Shown here in pieces: positions 46,368 to 59,149 of a stretch of 64,000 nt of DNA (position 1 is its first letter; the number at the start of each line of letters is the position of its first letter). The notes beneath the pieces were generated by a model. The model did not search any database. It was not told the DNA's origin and worked only from the letters and a program-made list of their open reading frames with translations. The translations under genes and the position numbers were made by a program. Source of the DNA: Pavona decussata. Lineage: Eukaryota. The stretch covers positions 6,448,001-6,512,000 of the forward strand of contig CDRNST010000144.1 in the NCBI GenBank assembly GCA_977016875.1. The letters run 5' to 3'.

Positions 46368-48680
46368 CCCTTTGACCCCTGAAGACGCCTATAGGCACGC
46401 TTTCATATATGGTGTACATTTTGCTCTTTAACACGGAGCGATCCTATAAAAGGGAAGGACACGCCCCCTTTGAAGCGCTTTGTTGGCTTCCCAACGGATC
46501 AGTATAATGGTGGATGACGTCGGTAACAGTCGAGGAAAAAAGAGAGAAGAACTATCGTTTGTAAAATCGAAGAGGGAATCGATTTATCAATAAAAATAAG
46601 CTAAACGCTAACTATATATCTTGTAAAACACCAGAAATTAGCAAGATTAACGATAATAACGGAAAAAATCAAGTTTCGTTGCCGCAATTGAAAGATTATA
46701 CGAAACTTACTCGAAATTCGAAATCCTTCTACCAAATACACAGTACAAAGATCGAAACCATTATAAACTGAAGCCTGCGACGAACTGGACATCTGTATCT
46801 CTCCATCTGAACATGCCGATAACCAAAATGAGTCTGTGTTGTTCGCCAAACCGGCAGGATTTTCAAAATTTAGCAGATGTTTTCCGCTAAACGGCTGCTC
46901 GAGTCGTCATGTCGGGTTCACGTTTATCACCGCTTGTGTATCTATTGATCACGTACGTGAAAACTAACTCTACTAATCCGCTGGAAGTGGCAGCAATAAA
47001 TTCTAAACTTCTACGCACAAGTCAAAAATAAAAACATCTAAACACATTTCGTACCTGATCATGCATATTTGAATAATTTGCTAATTCGAAACATCCCCAA
47101 AGATATAAACAAAACACGACCCGATGTTGCTCTCACGTATCTTATGGATGAAATGATAATGGCAATGGCTCTCTCATCAGTATTAAAATTAGCCAGTACC
47201 AAATATATTCTAAGTTTTATTATATACAGTAAGCAATAGAGAGGCTGGGTTCAAAAAGATTATCAGCTCCGTCGTCTTGCGTGCGATCACTCGCCGCTTG
47301 AGACACTTCACTTTTCTCCTCCGTTTCCCGCTCCATTGTTTCTTTTAGGCTTCGCTTCCGCGACTTTGTCTCTTTACTTATCTCTCCCCCACTAGACGAA
47401 ACAAAGGATTGTAGCGATTCCATCTCGGAAGCCGGTTTCAGAAGAACAACCTGTTTCAAGACAGAGTTTGTTTACGAACTTTATCCTAATCATTTCGGAA
47501 ATATCTCGAAAAGATAAGATTTTACCAGCTGATAAATGAATTTCCGATCTCAAAATAGACGGATAACTTAACTTTCTAAATTCTTCTCCTGTAGCCATAT
47601 TCGTTGGATTGATTTTGAACAAAATAATTCGAACTAAAATGTCTTTTCCGCCAACTCGTCACGTCCTTTCAAATTGAAGTTGCGGGAACTTGAACGTGCT
47701 AAAATAAGATTTTTGGTAATCAACCAATCCGATACGCACGTTTTGGATATTTGATTGACAGTCTGAACGGTTCAGCCTGGTCTTATAGGATCGCTCCGTG
47801 TTTAAAAAAGGGGCCAAAGGCACTTTCTAGGCCCCAGGCCTCCTCTACTATGGCGTCTATTTTAGCTAGATTTCTCTAGTTTTCAGGGGGAAATTTTCAA
47901 GTTTTTTCGAAGCATTGTTTACAGATGTCATCTGGTGATTTAAAAATGCCATCCTTCTACTCAGACATGGAGGAAATTCATCGAATTGTGATGGAAAGAC
48001 CCGACATTAGCAATGTTTCGTAGGAGTATAGTTTCGAGTACGAAACCTTCGATTATTCTTCCCCAGAAGAGACCGAAAATGTGAATATTGTCGAAGCATC
48101 AAGAGAGCAACATCTCATGCAAGTGCAAATCGTGATGACAAATATCGAGATGGAAACCAGCTCGGCAACAACGCTGTAGAAATGAAGGGAAGACTCTAAA
48201 CCCGAATCAGAGCGGTTTGGATTTTTTATACAATACGGACTAACCACAATTTTCAGGCCCCAACCATGGACGGACTCATGCCTTTGAGGTCGATATCAGT
48301 CCGACTATATTTTTTGAAAAGCTGTTTTCAGGTGAAGTGTGATCCAAGAATGAAAATGATTGCTGATTGTTGTAGCTTATATAGTATTCAAGTGATATAC
48401 TGATAGTTGAACATCAGTAGCTTGCATGGAGGGTAATAAACTTGGACCCATGACAGCAAATGTGATATTTCCTCTTTCTTGGCGGACATTTTGAATGACT
48501 AACCAGACTAGTTAATAATTAACAACATAATGCTTAAATTTTCAAAATCCTCAGCTCATCTACTTTCTAGAGATATATGGTTATGTATGGTTTGGATGAA
48601 AACTGAAGTTTTTATTAGCCATTTTCTCTGTCTATGTCAATTTTTAGCAAAACTTAGTAAAAAATTCAGGGGTCAAAGGG
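46368..48680 (+). mobile_element. Non-autonomous piggyBac element
   Basis: TTAA TSDs (46364-46367 and 48681-48684); perfect 16-bp TIR CCCTTTGACCCCTGAA; acidic N-terminal transposase remnant ~47946-48340 (FSGP..SP..FFEKLFS). Confidence 0.92.
46432..47800. mobile_element. Transib-like non-autonomous element nested in the piggyBac
   Basis: Perfect 18-bp TIR CACGGAGCGATCCTATAA; 5-bp TSD TTTAA (46427-46431 and 47801-47805). Confidence 0.85.
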
Positions 48681-49224
48681 TTAAAGAAATTGGTGAGTAC
48701 CTACATGTACTGCCTTCAAAACGCACAAAATGCAGTCTCAGACAATCTTAATTTTCAAAATTTCCCAGGGGAGCTTTCCGCAGGCCCCTTAGAGGCTTGA
48801 CACTTCTTTCATCCCTCTCCTTGTTGGATTGCACACTCCCGCAAAAAAAACCTGCATACCAGCCTGTACTGCATGCTCTCGAAGCAATAGAAGCAATGAA
48901 CACTGTCAACCCTAACAAGTTCACTGCCAAAAATGATGATGAGCAAGTCAATGTGATTATAGTGATTATAGGCGGTCTCCAGTACCAGCAGTGGAAACGT
49001 GTGGCAGACCAAGATGGAAAAAAGCACAAGAAAAATGTGAAAAACAAAAACCCCTCCTGGACGCAACAACAAATGGCCGAAATCCATCAAAATTCACTTT
49101 ATCACACCCAGCTGCTTAACAACATCATCCAGCTTATCTCTGGGACTCAGTTGTCTACCCAGCGGCAACAACAACAAGTCAGGCCACAAGGAAAGCAATT
49201 ACAAGAACCTGACAGTTTGTTGGG

Positions 49225-49460
49225 GCTTTCAAGCGAGGACATCAGTGAATTAAAGAATTCCTTCTCATCCCCTATGAACTTCTCTATGAAACTTGTGAAC
49301 AGGCTGTTCATAGAGGACGAGCTGTACAACAGAAATTTTCATGGGTGCCAAGTAAACTTGCCTTAGTTAAAGAAATATATTGTCAAGTTTTCCCTGCTGA
49401 GGATGAAGTAATTAAGTGGCAGAAATGCGTTAATGCAATCAATACCAATCTTAGAAAAAG
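49225..49460 (+). pseudogene. BEN-domain coding remnant
   Basis: SSPMNFSMKLVNRLFIEDELYNRNFHG, then after a frameshift KEIYCQVFP......WQKCVNAINTNLR. Confidence 0.7.
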
Positions 49461-49630
49461 AGCAAGAAAGAAATCGAGAAAAGAGGTGGAATATTAGTGA
49501 AGAACAGCGGGAAAAAGAGCAAGAAAGAAATCGAGAAAAGAGGCGGAATATTCGTAAAGAACAGCAGGAAAAAGAGCAAGAAAGAAATCGAGAAAAGAGG
49601 CGGAATTTTAGTGAAGAGCAGCGGAAAAAA
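49452..49630 (+). repeat. 59-bp-period purine-rich tandem repeat, three copies
   Basis: GAAAAAGAGCAAGAAAGAAATCGAGAAAAGAGG.GGAAT..T.GT.AAGA.CAGC.G repeated; period estimated by eye at 57-60 bp. Confidence 0.8.
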
Positions 49631-50812
49631 AACAGGAGAGGGTTCGAGAAAAGAGACAACGAAATAGTGAGGAACAACAAGAGAATGAAAGAGAAAGATG
49701 TCGTGAAAAAAAGAGGCGAACTAGTGAAGAACAACGAAAAAAGGAGCGAGAAAGGAAACGAGAAAGCAGGCAAAGAAGTAACTCTAGTAACACAAAACAA
49801 AGAGAAAGACAAGGAGGTGAGTTTCACTTTATTTTAGCTTATATAGAAATCACAGTATTTGAAAATGATTTTGTTTAGTTTTTATTTTACACTGGGTTTT
49901 TTTTAGCCTTTTTCTGAAGAAAAAATGGCAGCAGTTTCAATTGTTCTTTTTGACCAATCACCATTTCCATACGTCACTCGCTTGTCACGCTGTCAAAACA
50001 AGAGTAAGCGAGATTGTTGTTGATCGAGATATCTCTTTGGATTTGTGTGGATCGATTTACAATTTTTGGGACTTTTTGTTAATTAAAGCATTGGCTGTCT
50101 GAAAATATCAATGCACGTAAATACATGGATATTATGGAAAACACTGTTCAGAATGGCTTTGCACTGGACCGAATGTTGTGTTGTAGAATCTAAAGCAGGA
50201 ATGAAACCCGCCGCCGTTTATTTTATGAGTGGGTTAATCATGCGGACAATGAATTGTGTTTGAGGCTAGAAGTCAAGAATTAAGAACTAAAATTTTAGTT
50301 GTCAGAGGATTTCAACCGCTATGAAAGCAAATCATGGTTCCTTCTTGTTTGTGATCTGATGTTTTCGTTCAGCAGTGGAGGGACAACACGAGGAATGTGT
50401 GCGTGAAGATGATGACTATGTGCAAGACGAAGACGGGTCTCAGATATCGTCGAACCTACCGCCCAGTGTTGAAAAAGATCCAATTCAGTTGGGTGATAAT
50501 CATGCAGGTAGTGTAGGCTGTGGCTAATGTACGATTCTGAAAAAGCTTATTGCAGTGGAATGTCTTTTTGTAGAGAAAATTGCAACAGGTTTAGTGGCGG
50601 TCTATACCATGCAATCGCAGTAGGTCGCTTATCAAGCTGTCAAAACAATAGCAAGGGTTGAGTTAGGCTTTCCGCCTCATATTTCCCTGGGCATGTGTCT
50701 ATTTACAATCTTTACGGTACTTTTAAAGAAACTCTTTGATTGCGGGAGAAACGTTGATGCATCTCTGGTGCATCTAAAAGCATGGATATTATGGAAAATC
50801 CTGTTCATATTT

Positions 50813-51932
50813 GGGCAGCAGTAAAATCAGGATTCTGGAATTGAGAATCCGGAATCTGGTATCTGAAATTGGAAAAAAAATGTTACAACGGAGAGAGAAA
50901 TATTTGATGGTGAAATAATAATATGAGTTTGGGTAAATGATATGGAAATATTTACTGCTAGCGAAAAAGTTGAATGTTAACATAGTTGGAATGACGTGAA
51001 GTCCTTATCAAATGCAAATTTCATCTTTTCGAATTCGGGACACCAGAGATAAGTTCTAATTCACTCATTATTTCCCTGTAATGAAAAATGATTTCTTGAG
51101 ACCACAAATATATGGCCTACAGTAAATGACGTTCACAAGGTTTCATTATGCATGGCCAGCAGATTATCTGTTTTCAGTTTACAGCTTGTTTAATAGCACA
51201 GCAAAACACCAATGACAAACATCTCACAGCAACAGGACAAACTGAGAATTATTCAGTATTTGTGGGTAAATCGTGTAGAATAAATAAATACTTTACGACC
51301 CACTGAATAAAATCAGTAAATCCACCAAATGATTCTCAACAGACTTTGTGCACCTAGGTTCGGATTGCGATCTGTTGACTTACCTCTCATGGTACTTTCC
51401 CCCTCTCTGCCTAAATATTAAGCAGCCTTTTCAAAAACAAGTTGTAACGGGGTATCCAGGAAATGGATGAAACAAAAGAGGAAAAGAGTGTGTAATCAGA
51501 TAACCTACCCCTTCTTGATTGGAGAGTCCGCCATCTTTCTGCCTGAAACAATACACGTTGTCTCCCCCCGGCCCAATGAGTGGTTGTTTTTTCATTCAGT
51601 AGTTTTTTACCCCAAGTCATAGGGTCAGTTATTAAAAGACAGTTTAAATGGTGTTTAACAAAACCACATTCTAAGTTAATTATTTTCACTTTTGCCAACA
51701 GTCATTAATCTAAACATTGGCTGCTGCTGATGGCAACAAGAAGGGTTGGAGGCCTACTGATTCTCTTAACCTGCCGCCTTAGACTGTTTAAAAAACTGGC
51801 CCATATATTTCACCATGAAATATTTCTCTCTCCATTATAAGAAACTTATTTTCAATTCCGCATGCTCATTGCTGGATTCCGTATTCCGGTTTTTGGATTC
51901 CGTATTTCAGATTCCAGCTTTTAGTACTGCCG
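50813..51932. mobile_element. MULE-like MITE with ~115-bp imperfect TIRs
   Basis: GGCAGCAGTAAAA / TTTTAGTACTGCC; TSD TTCATATTT versus TTCAGATTT; an empty-site paralog lies near 50145. Confidence 0.75.
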
Positions 51933-52954
51933 TTCAGATTTGGCTTTCCAATGTAGGGAATGTCATAGAATCTAAAGCAAGAATGAAAGTGGTAACCTTC
52001 TTTTTTGGAAGGACATAATTCATTGCCATGTAGCAGATCATGCGAACAGTTAATTCCGTGCTTTTAAGAGGTTAGAGGAATACAGCTTGTGCTTGTAATG
52101 TGAATCTCAAGTGTTGCTAGTATGAAGCCAATTATGGTTTGTTCTTGTTTGTGAATTGATGAGTTCATTTATTTTCAGTGGAGGAAGAACAGTTGGACTG
52201 TGTACATATACAAGGAGGTTAAATTGAAAGAAATTACAATCTGCAAGACAGCCCAGAGGTATTGTCGAACATGTCGCCTGTTGAAAGAGATTCAGTTCAG
52301 TTTGGTCACAATAATGCGTCAGGTAAAAACATTATAATTATTGCATTCATTGAGAGTGTGCTGTGGTTTTAGTGTGAGATTGTGAAGCCAATAATTATTG
52401 TAGTGGAATCTAGTCATACATGAACTTTGGTGGCTAGTGGATCCTGAATTTTTACCTACATGATATTTTAATTTGTTTCTTGGTAGGCTCCCAGCTGCAC
52501 ATAATAATTTTGTGCGAAAGGATTTCAGTTAAATAATTGTACATGAATGTTGAGTTGGTTTTCTTCTGGTTTATGCCGGTACAATTACATTGTATCCTGT
52601 ATAACAGATGAGTATTATGACTGCTATTGTTGGTACATGTATAATACTTTAGCACTTTGCTGCATTATGCCCCAAAAATATAAATCTCCAGGAGGGATGA
52701 GGAATTTGTAAGGTTGTTATTATAATTATTTGCCGCCAGAAATTTTTGCAAAATTTATTGTTGTCATTTCTGTCAAGAATGTCAGTGTAAATCTTGTCAA
52801 ACTACCAAAGAGAACACACTACCAGCCTATGTAAGGAGGTTTTGGGATGTGATGTTTATACCTCACTACTGTATTAATTTAAAGTACTAGGTTGGAACCA
52901 CCCATTCTAACCTTCTCCAATCTCCCTTCCCCTTAGACATGTGTTGGTGCCAAA

Positions 52955-54705
52955 TTCCCTTATCTGGGGAAAAAACCTTCATGTGTGAATAGAACTGTAT
53001 CTCCCAGCTGCAAGTAACCCATAAAGCAAATTTTCTCCGGAAATTCACACTACATGTAGATGTATGTGTCTGAACAAATTTATTGCAGCATGTCTTTTGT
53101 CATTTCCTCGTGAGGTACAGATACTGCTTTGTATGGAATTTCCTTTGAAAACATAGGGATAACATGATGATGATACCTCATTTTAAGCAAGGGAATGAAA
53201 TTTATTTCATGAACTGGCAACATTTGATTCCAAAGATCGCATTTAACCTTGACAAGATACTCCAACTATCACAGCTAGGCTAATTTAATGCATCCCATTT
53301 TACATTATTTTAAAGATTAATGACAATACCTAAATGTATAGCCCACACTCCAATCTAAATAATTTGAATAATAATCTGCAAATAAGATGAGGAGGTCTTA
53401 AAAGCAATGAGAGACTGTTTTGTGTTTGGATTCTCTTGAATTTCAAAACAGTTCCACTCAAAAGTCGAAACTGAACACTACTGCTAGTTAGGATCTGTTA
53501 ATACCAGGGAAGATGCTACAGGATAATAAACATATTTTTTTAAAATTTTGCTTTGCTTTTTAAAAATTGTTTGATTGATCTGTTGAGCTGAAATAGGATG
53601 ATATCAGTTCTGTATTTTGAATAACATTCAGCCTGGCACTATTTGAGATCAAATGATCAGTTTCAACATACATGCAAGCCAAAACAATTTAATGTATGAC
53701 TTGTACAGATTTAAAATAAAAAAAAGAAGTTAGTTATTTGCACCCCTGCACTTAAAAAAAAGTGAAAGTCTTTAATTATGTAAACCAAATTTGTTTGTTT
53801 TTCAAGAATAATATTATTTTTACACTGAAAAAACTTTTTGTTGATCACTATCTTTGTTAATAATCTGCATCTAGATAGGTTTGTTGTGATCAACAAATTG
53901 GCATTTGTGGTTTTAAATACAATAATTAATGTCAGTGTGGATACAAGACTGGTTCTTTATAAATGCTAAAAAATTTTAGGAGATTAAGTGCTTTCAAGGT
54001 GATTTTCTTGCCATCACTTAATCGGCAACCAGAGCTTTTAGATATTATAGTTTACAAGATGAAATGCTGTTGGAGATGGGCATAGGTTATGAAGAATAAC
54101 GTGTGTCTGTGCCCATTTCCCTTACCTGGGAAAAAAATTCTTCATGTGTGAATAAAAGTATACTGCTGCAGCCAACCAATTAAAGCAAATTGTCTCAAGA
54201 AATTCTTCCCAAAATTTCAAACTATGGGAACAAATTTACTGGACAGCATGTCTTAATTTTGACATTTCCTTTGAGGTGCAATCTAATAAAATGCTTTGTT
54301 TTGGATTTCCTTTGAAAACAGGGATAACATAATGATGACACTGAGGGAATGAAATTTCAAAAAAAAACAAAACCTAAAAATTAACTTATAATGTGTTCAA
54401 AAACAGATATGATGTTAGTTTGCACCCAATTAATGAAATTGAAACTCTTTTGCGGTGTAAACCAAATTTGCTGTTTGTTTGAATAATGCTGTATTATTTT
54501 CACTGGAAGACTTCTTTGGCGATCACTGTCTTTGTTAATGTTCACAGATACATGTACATGTAGGATTGTGGTTTTAAATTAATGCAATAAGTCAGTGTGG
54601 ATGCAAGTGGTTGTTATATTTTATTGAATGCTGAAAAATGTTAGCAGAGTAAATGCTTTCAACGTGATTTTCTTGCCATTACTTGATCAGCAACCATAGC
54701 TTTTT
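52955..54705 (+). repeat. Old direct duplication (52955-54040 versus 54117-54705)
   Basis: Shared blocks TTCCCTTA.CTGGG..CTTCATGTGTGAATA, TTTCCTTTGAAAACA, GTAAACCAAATTTG, GTCAGTGTGGAT and GTGATTTTCTTGCCAT. Confidence 0.75.
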
Positions 54706-54763
54706 GCATTAGAAAATGTTTTGTTAATAGCTATAATACTTCCAGTTTAAGGGAAAGTCAATT

Positions 54764-57700
54764 TTTAGCGTACTAGGCCTCTCAGAAACACGGATTACCA
54801 ATGCTGATGCTAATTTTCTCACCTTTAATCCTGATATACCAGGTTATTGTTTTGAATATGTCCCAACACCTTTCTCTGCCGGAGGTGTTGGTATGTACAT
54901 AAAGGAAGGAATTAACTATAAGGTAATTGAAAAAACTTCGAATGTCTCTTTTCAAGGACTGTGGATAGAACTTCAATTTCCCAAAAAGACAAATGTCATC
55001 TGCGCTATTTTGTATAGGCAGCATAACTCTCCTGAGGATTTTCAAAACTACCTTGACTCGTGTCTAGAGAAATATAGCTCCTCCTCCAAACCTATTTACA
55101 TTCTCGGCGACTTCAACATAAATCTCCTCAATTTCGAAACTTGTAGATACGCCAACGACTTCCTACTTTTACTCCAAAGTTATGCTCTAACCCCAGTTAT
55201 CGATAAACCAACCAGGGTCCATAGCAGCTCTGCCACACTAATCGATAATATCCTTGCCAGTCAAATTGATGATCTCGATTCCGTCTTAAGTGGTAATGTT
55301 GTGTCAGACATCAGTGATCATTTTTCCCAGTTCTGCCTCTTGCCTGCTTATAAACTGCAATTTCCACTTACAGCCATCTGTCGTGAATATCGCGATTTTT
55401 CTTCCTTTTCTGACGATTCTTTCCTAAATGACCTGGAGCAAATTGATTGGGACAGTATAGGCCACTCGAATCGCGATATAAACAAATCATTCTCCACTTT
55501 TTTCCACAAAACTCACAGGGTGTTAAATAAACACGCTCCTACGAAAATTACCTCAAGGCGTAAAGCCAAACAGCAACTGAAACCTTGGATCACAAAAGGC
55601 ATCAGGAGATCTATAAGTCTAAAAAACCAATTCTATCACTCGGGAGAAAACCAAAAATATAAACTCTATCGCAATAAAATTTCAACTTTAACTAGATTAA
55701 GCAAAAAGCTTTATTTTCATAACTTTTTCTCGCGAAACTTACACAACACTAAGAAAACATGGAAAGGGATAAATGATTTAATTGGCCGCAGGAAGAAACC
55801 GAAACAGACAATTACCTCAATAAGAGCACCGAACAACAAGAGAGTGATTTCTGACGCACAGGATATATCGAATGTGCTTAACAAACACTTTGCTACCGTG
55901 GGCCATAAACTGGCCTTGGGGACGCCACATTCAAAACTTAATTTTCGTACATATCTCCAAGGGCTGTCGCCCGCAAATTCAAACTCTTTCTTCTTCGATC
56001 CAATTATACCTGCAGAAGTTAGTAGTGAGATCGTTTCCTTATCATACAATAAAGCTCATGGATTATACTCATTCCCAGTTCGAATATTGAAATGCGCTAG
56101 CCACATATTATCAAGCCCATTGGCAAGGATTATGAATTTATCGGTTGAAACAGGAACTTTTCCCAATAAACTAAAATATACAAAAGTAATCCCCGTTTAT
56201 AAAACCGGCGACAAACTTGAATGTGGAGATTATCGCCCTATTTCACTTCTATCTAATATTAATAAAGTGTTCGAGAAACTAATGTTCAACAGAATTAAAA
56301 AATTTATTGCAAACCACAATATATTATCCACATCACAATACGGCTTTCGCGAATATCATTCCACCGAACATGCACTATTAGATATAATTAACAAAATTCA
56401 AACAAACATGGATAATAAACTTTTTTCATGTGGCATATTTATTGATCTGCAAAAGGCTTTCGATACTGTTGATCATGGAATATTACTGCATAAACTCAAC
56501 CACTACGGTGTACGAGGCATTGTCAATGATTGGTTTCAATCATATCTATCATGTAGGTCTCAATCAACTCAAATCGGTTCTGTGGTGTCGGAGAAAGAAA
56601 ATGTATTATGTGGCGTTCCTCAGGGGTCAATTTTAGGACCGTTACTATTCCTTCTATATGTTAACGACATTCAAGCTTCATCTAGTAAACTAGATTTCTT
56701 TTTATTCGCTGATGACACGAATCTGCTATTTGCTGACAAATGCTTAAAGACCCTGGAGCTTATAATAAACAAAGAATTGGAAAATGTTTGTGATTGGTTA
56801 CTAGCTAACAAGTTGACTTTAAATACTAAAAAATCTAATTACGTATTATTTCACCCTCGCCAAAGAGCGACAGCAAATCGCCTTCACATAAAAGTATTCG
56901 ACTGCGAACACAATGTGTTCGAACACCTTGAACAAAAAGATTGTGTTAAGTATCTGGGTGTGTTGATCGACAGCAACCTCTCTTGGCAATATCACATTAA
57001 TTATATTTCGCTTAAGATAAGTAAAACAATTGGTATTATATCACGGTTGAGATACGTTCTACCCACTTCTATTCTTCTTCATATTTACCGTTCTCTAATC
57101 CATCCTTACGTTTCTTACGGTCTTTCAGCATGGGGCCAAACTTCAAAATCAAATCTGGAGAAAATCTTAATCCTCCAAAAAAGAGCCTTACGTCTAATTT
57201 ATTTCCGCAATAACAGAGAGCATGCCATCCCGTTATTCGTATGTTCTAATATCCTTCCAGTTGACATGCTTTATTTCAAATCTATAGCCAGTCTTAGGCA
57301 TGATATCAATAACCAAAGTGCTCCCCTGAACCTAATAAATCTTTTTGATCGAGTAGATTCTGTGCACTCGTATAGAACCAGGTCTGCATCCACGGGCAAA
57401 TTTCATATAAAATGCTCAAAGCTGACACAACTGAGCCACTCATTTTCGAGATTAGGTTGTAAAATCTGGAATGAATTACCGGAATCTTTCCGTGCAAAAA
57501 CTAAAGCCTCCTTTAAGAAATGCCTTCAGACCAGATTACTAAAACTTCTTGATCAAGAGGATATTTATGTTGACGTCAACACTCTGATTAAAAACTTCAA
57601 ATATCAGTGGTATGATTAGCGAATATGAAACTTTCTTAATTTTAATTTAGACAGTCATTATTTTTTACTTAACTTATTACACATTAATTATTGGTATATC

Positions 57701-57834
57701 TTTAAATTATATTCTGTAAATATATACTAATCAACTGCACTACCCGCCTAGATTAGCCTATGCTATTTGCGGGCTAGTGCATTCTTGCCTTACCTTCGTG
57801 AAAAATGTGCTTTAATAAATTGAATTGAATTGAA
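54764..57834 (+). mobile_element. CR1/L2-group LINE, 5'-truncated within the endonuclease, young copy
   Basis: Frame open from FSVLGLSETR; 3' UTR hairpin 57736-57781; AATAAA plus (TTGAA)3 tail. Confidence 0.95.
54770..57619 (+). CDS. ORF2: AP endonuclease + reverse transcriptase (no internal stops; true start lost)
   Basis: SET, GGVG, GDFN, TLIDN, SDH; YRPISLL, QYGFR, DLQKAFDTV, GVPQGSILGP, FADDT, KYLGV, HSYRTR. Confidence 0.93.
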   Translation, partial: VLGLSETRITNADANFLTFNPDIPGYCFEYVPTPFSAGGVGMYIKEGINYKVIEKTSNVSFQGLWIELQFPKKTNVICAILYRQHNSPEDFQNYLDSCLEKYSSSSKPIYILGDFNINLLNFETCRYANDFLLLLQSYALTPVIDKPTRVHSSSATLIDNILASQIDDLDSVLSGNVVSDISDHFSQFCLLPAYKLQFPLTAICREYRDFSSFSDDSFLNDLEQIDWDSIGHSNRDINKSFSTFFHKTHRVLNKHAPTKITSRRKAKQQLKPWITKGIRRSISLKNQFYHSGENQKYKLYRNKISTLTRLSKKLYFHNFFSRNLHNTKKTWKGINDLIGRRKKPKQTITSIRAPNNKRVISDAQDISNVLNKHFATVGHKLALGTPHSKLNFRTYLQGLSPANSNSFFFDPIIPAEVSSEIVSLSYNKAHGLYSFPVRILKCASHILSSPLARIMNLSVETGTFPNKLKYTKVIPVYKTGDKLECGDYRPISLLSNINKVFEKLMFNRIKKFIANHNILSTSQYGFREYHSTEHALLDIINKIQTNMDNKLFSCGIFIDLQKAFDTVDHGILLHKLNHYGVRGIVNDWFQSYLSCRSQSTQIGSVVSEKENVLCGVPQGSILGPLLFLLYVNDIQASSSKLDFFLFADDTNLLFADKCLKTLELIINKELENVCDWLLANKLTLNTKKSNYVLFHPRQRATANRLHIKVFDCEHNVFEHLEQKDCVKYLGVLIDSNLSWQYHINYISLKISKTIGIISRLRYVLPTSILLHIYRSLIHPYVSYGLSAWGQTSKSNLEKILILQKRALRLIYFRNNREHAIPLFVCSNILPVDMLYFKSIASLRHDINNQSAPLNLINLFDRVDSVHSYRTRSASTGKFHIKCSKLTQLSHSFSRLGCKIWNELPESFRAKTKASFKKCLQTRLLKLLDQEDIYVDVNTLIKNFKYQWYD

Positions 57835-59149
57835 GCCTATCACTGCTTAATTTTATCTACCAGACATTTGTGTGTTATTTTTGGTGTTTAGGTTAATTTG
57901 ATTTATGCAAAGCACACAAAAATTGAATACATGCAGATGAGTCAATAATAGTGTAGCATTGTGAGGAAAAAAATTCAATGATGAATTGAGTAATTTGCCT
58001 TACATAGCAGCTATAATTTTTTTATAACCTCAAGATGTACTTAGTTCAGTGGCCTCAACATTCTTAATATTTTGTTTAAATTCATGTTCCATGTTTAGTG
58101 GCTTGAAGCCACATAATTGATTGGAATTATTTTTATTTGCTAAACACCTTGGATAATATTACTTCACAGAAAGTGGTAATTAGTCTTTGGATTTGTATAT
58201 TGTAGTTTAGAAGACGGAATGGTCTGAGCTACTCATTAAAACGATAAAAACTTAACCCCAGGCTCCAAATTGTATGTGATATGGTTGACCACCCCCTTAA
58301 CTTTAATCAACTTTTTTCCCCTAGGAATTGTGGGTCTTGATACATCTCTCACATTCATGAAGATGTTGAGAACTGCAAAATAAGTTATAGCTTAGAGCTA
58401 TACCTAATATACACAAGGATTGGGATGTTTTTGAACTTTTAATTTCTTATTTTTTAAGGCTATTTATCTCAAAGCCATAACTTTTCTCATTCATAATTGT
58501 ATCAGTTTTGAATTACAGTCTCGTGAGTACCTGTAAAAATAATGGTTTATCATACATGGACATTGAATCTGTATTCTTGGATCTGGAGAAAATGTTGTTC
58601 TGCCTTAGGGGTTAAAGAGTTAAAACTCCATTCTCGCATGTAGTATTTTGAGACATGGGAAATTGACTCTCAATAGTTTTGATTAATGTATTTCCTCGAA
58701 TAATAGCCGTACCTTGATTAATTGTCTCCCTTGAATAATCCCTCCCTTTTAATTAAAATAATCGCCTCGCTCAAATAACCCCCCCCCCCCTCACCATTTT
58801 CTCTTTCTTTTATACCCTCCCTCTCAAGTTAAAAATTGACATCTTGGGTAACAAACAAGCTTTCATTTACTCGTCACAATTGAATGGTTACAAAAGCAAT
58901 GTTTTTTCTTTACAGTTTTTTTCTATGGTAATGCTCGTGTATTTCACTTTTTCAGGCTCTGACACTGAGATGTTTACATTGAACATTGATTTATAAACAA
59001 AGCAAATTGAAAAACACTTAAAAACCCCATGGTCAGTTTATTTAACTAAATATTTATGGCAGATCTAGGACCTCCTGTCAGAAATTTTTGAAATAATTGC
59101 CTTCTCTCAAATAATCGTCCCTTTCGGTGTGACAAATAATGGTAAGTGA

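Noticed and set aside
49363-49837. Hydrophobic minus-strand ORF and charged plus-strand ORF
   Set aside because: By-products of the purine-rich tandem repeat.
58256-58611. TTAA-CCCC..GGGG-TTAA piggyBac MITE
   Set aside because: The TIR match beyond ~8 bp is poor; not supportable.
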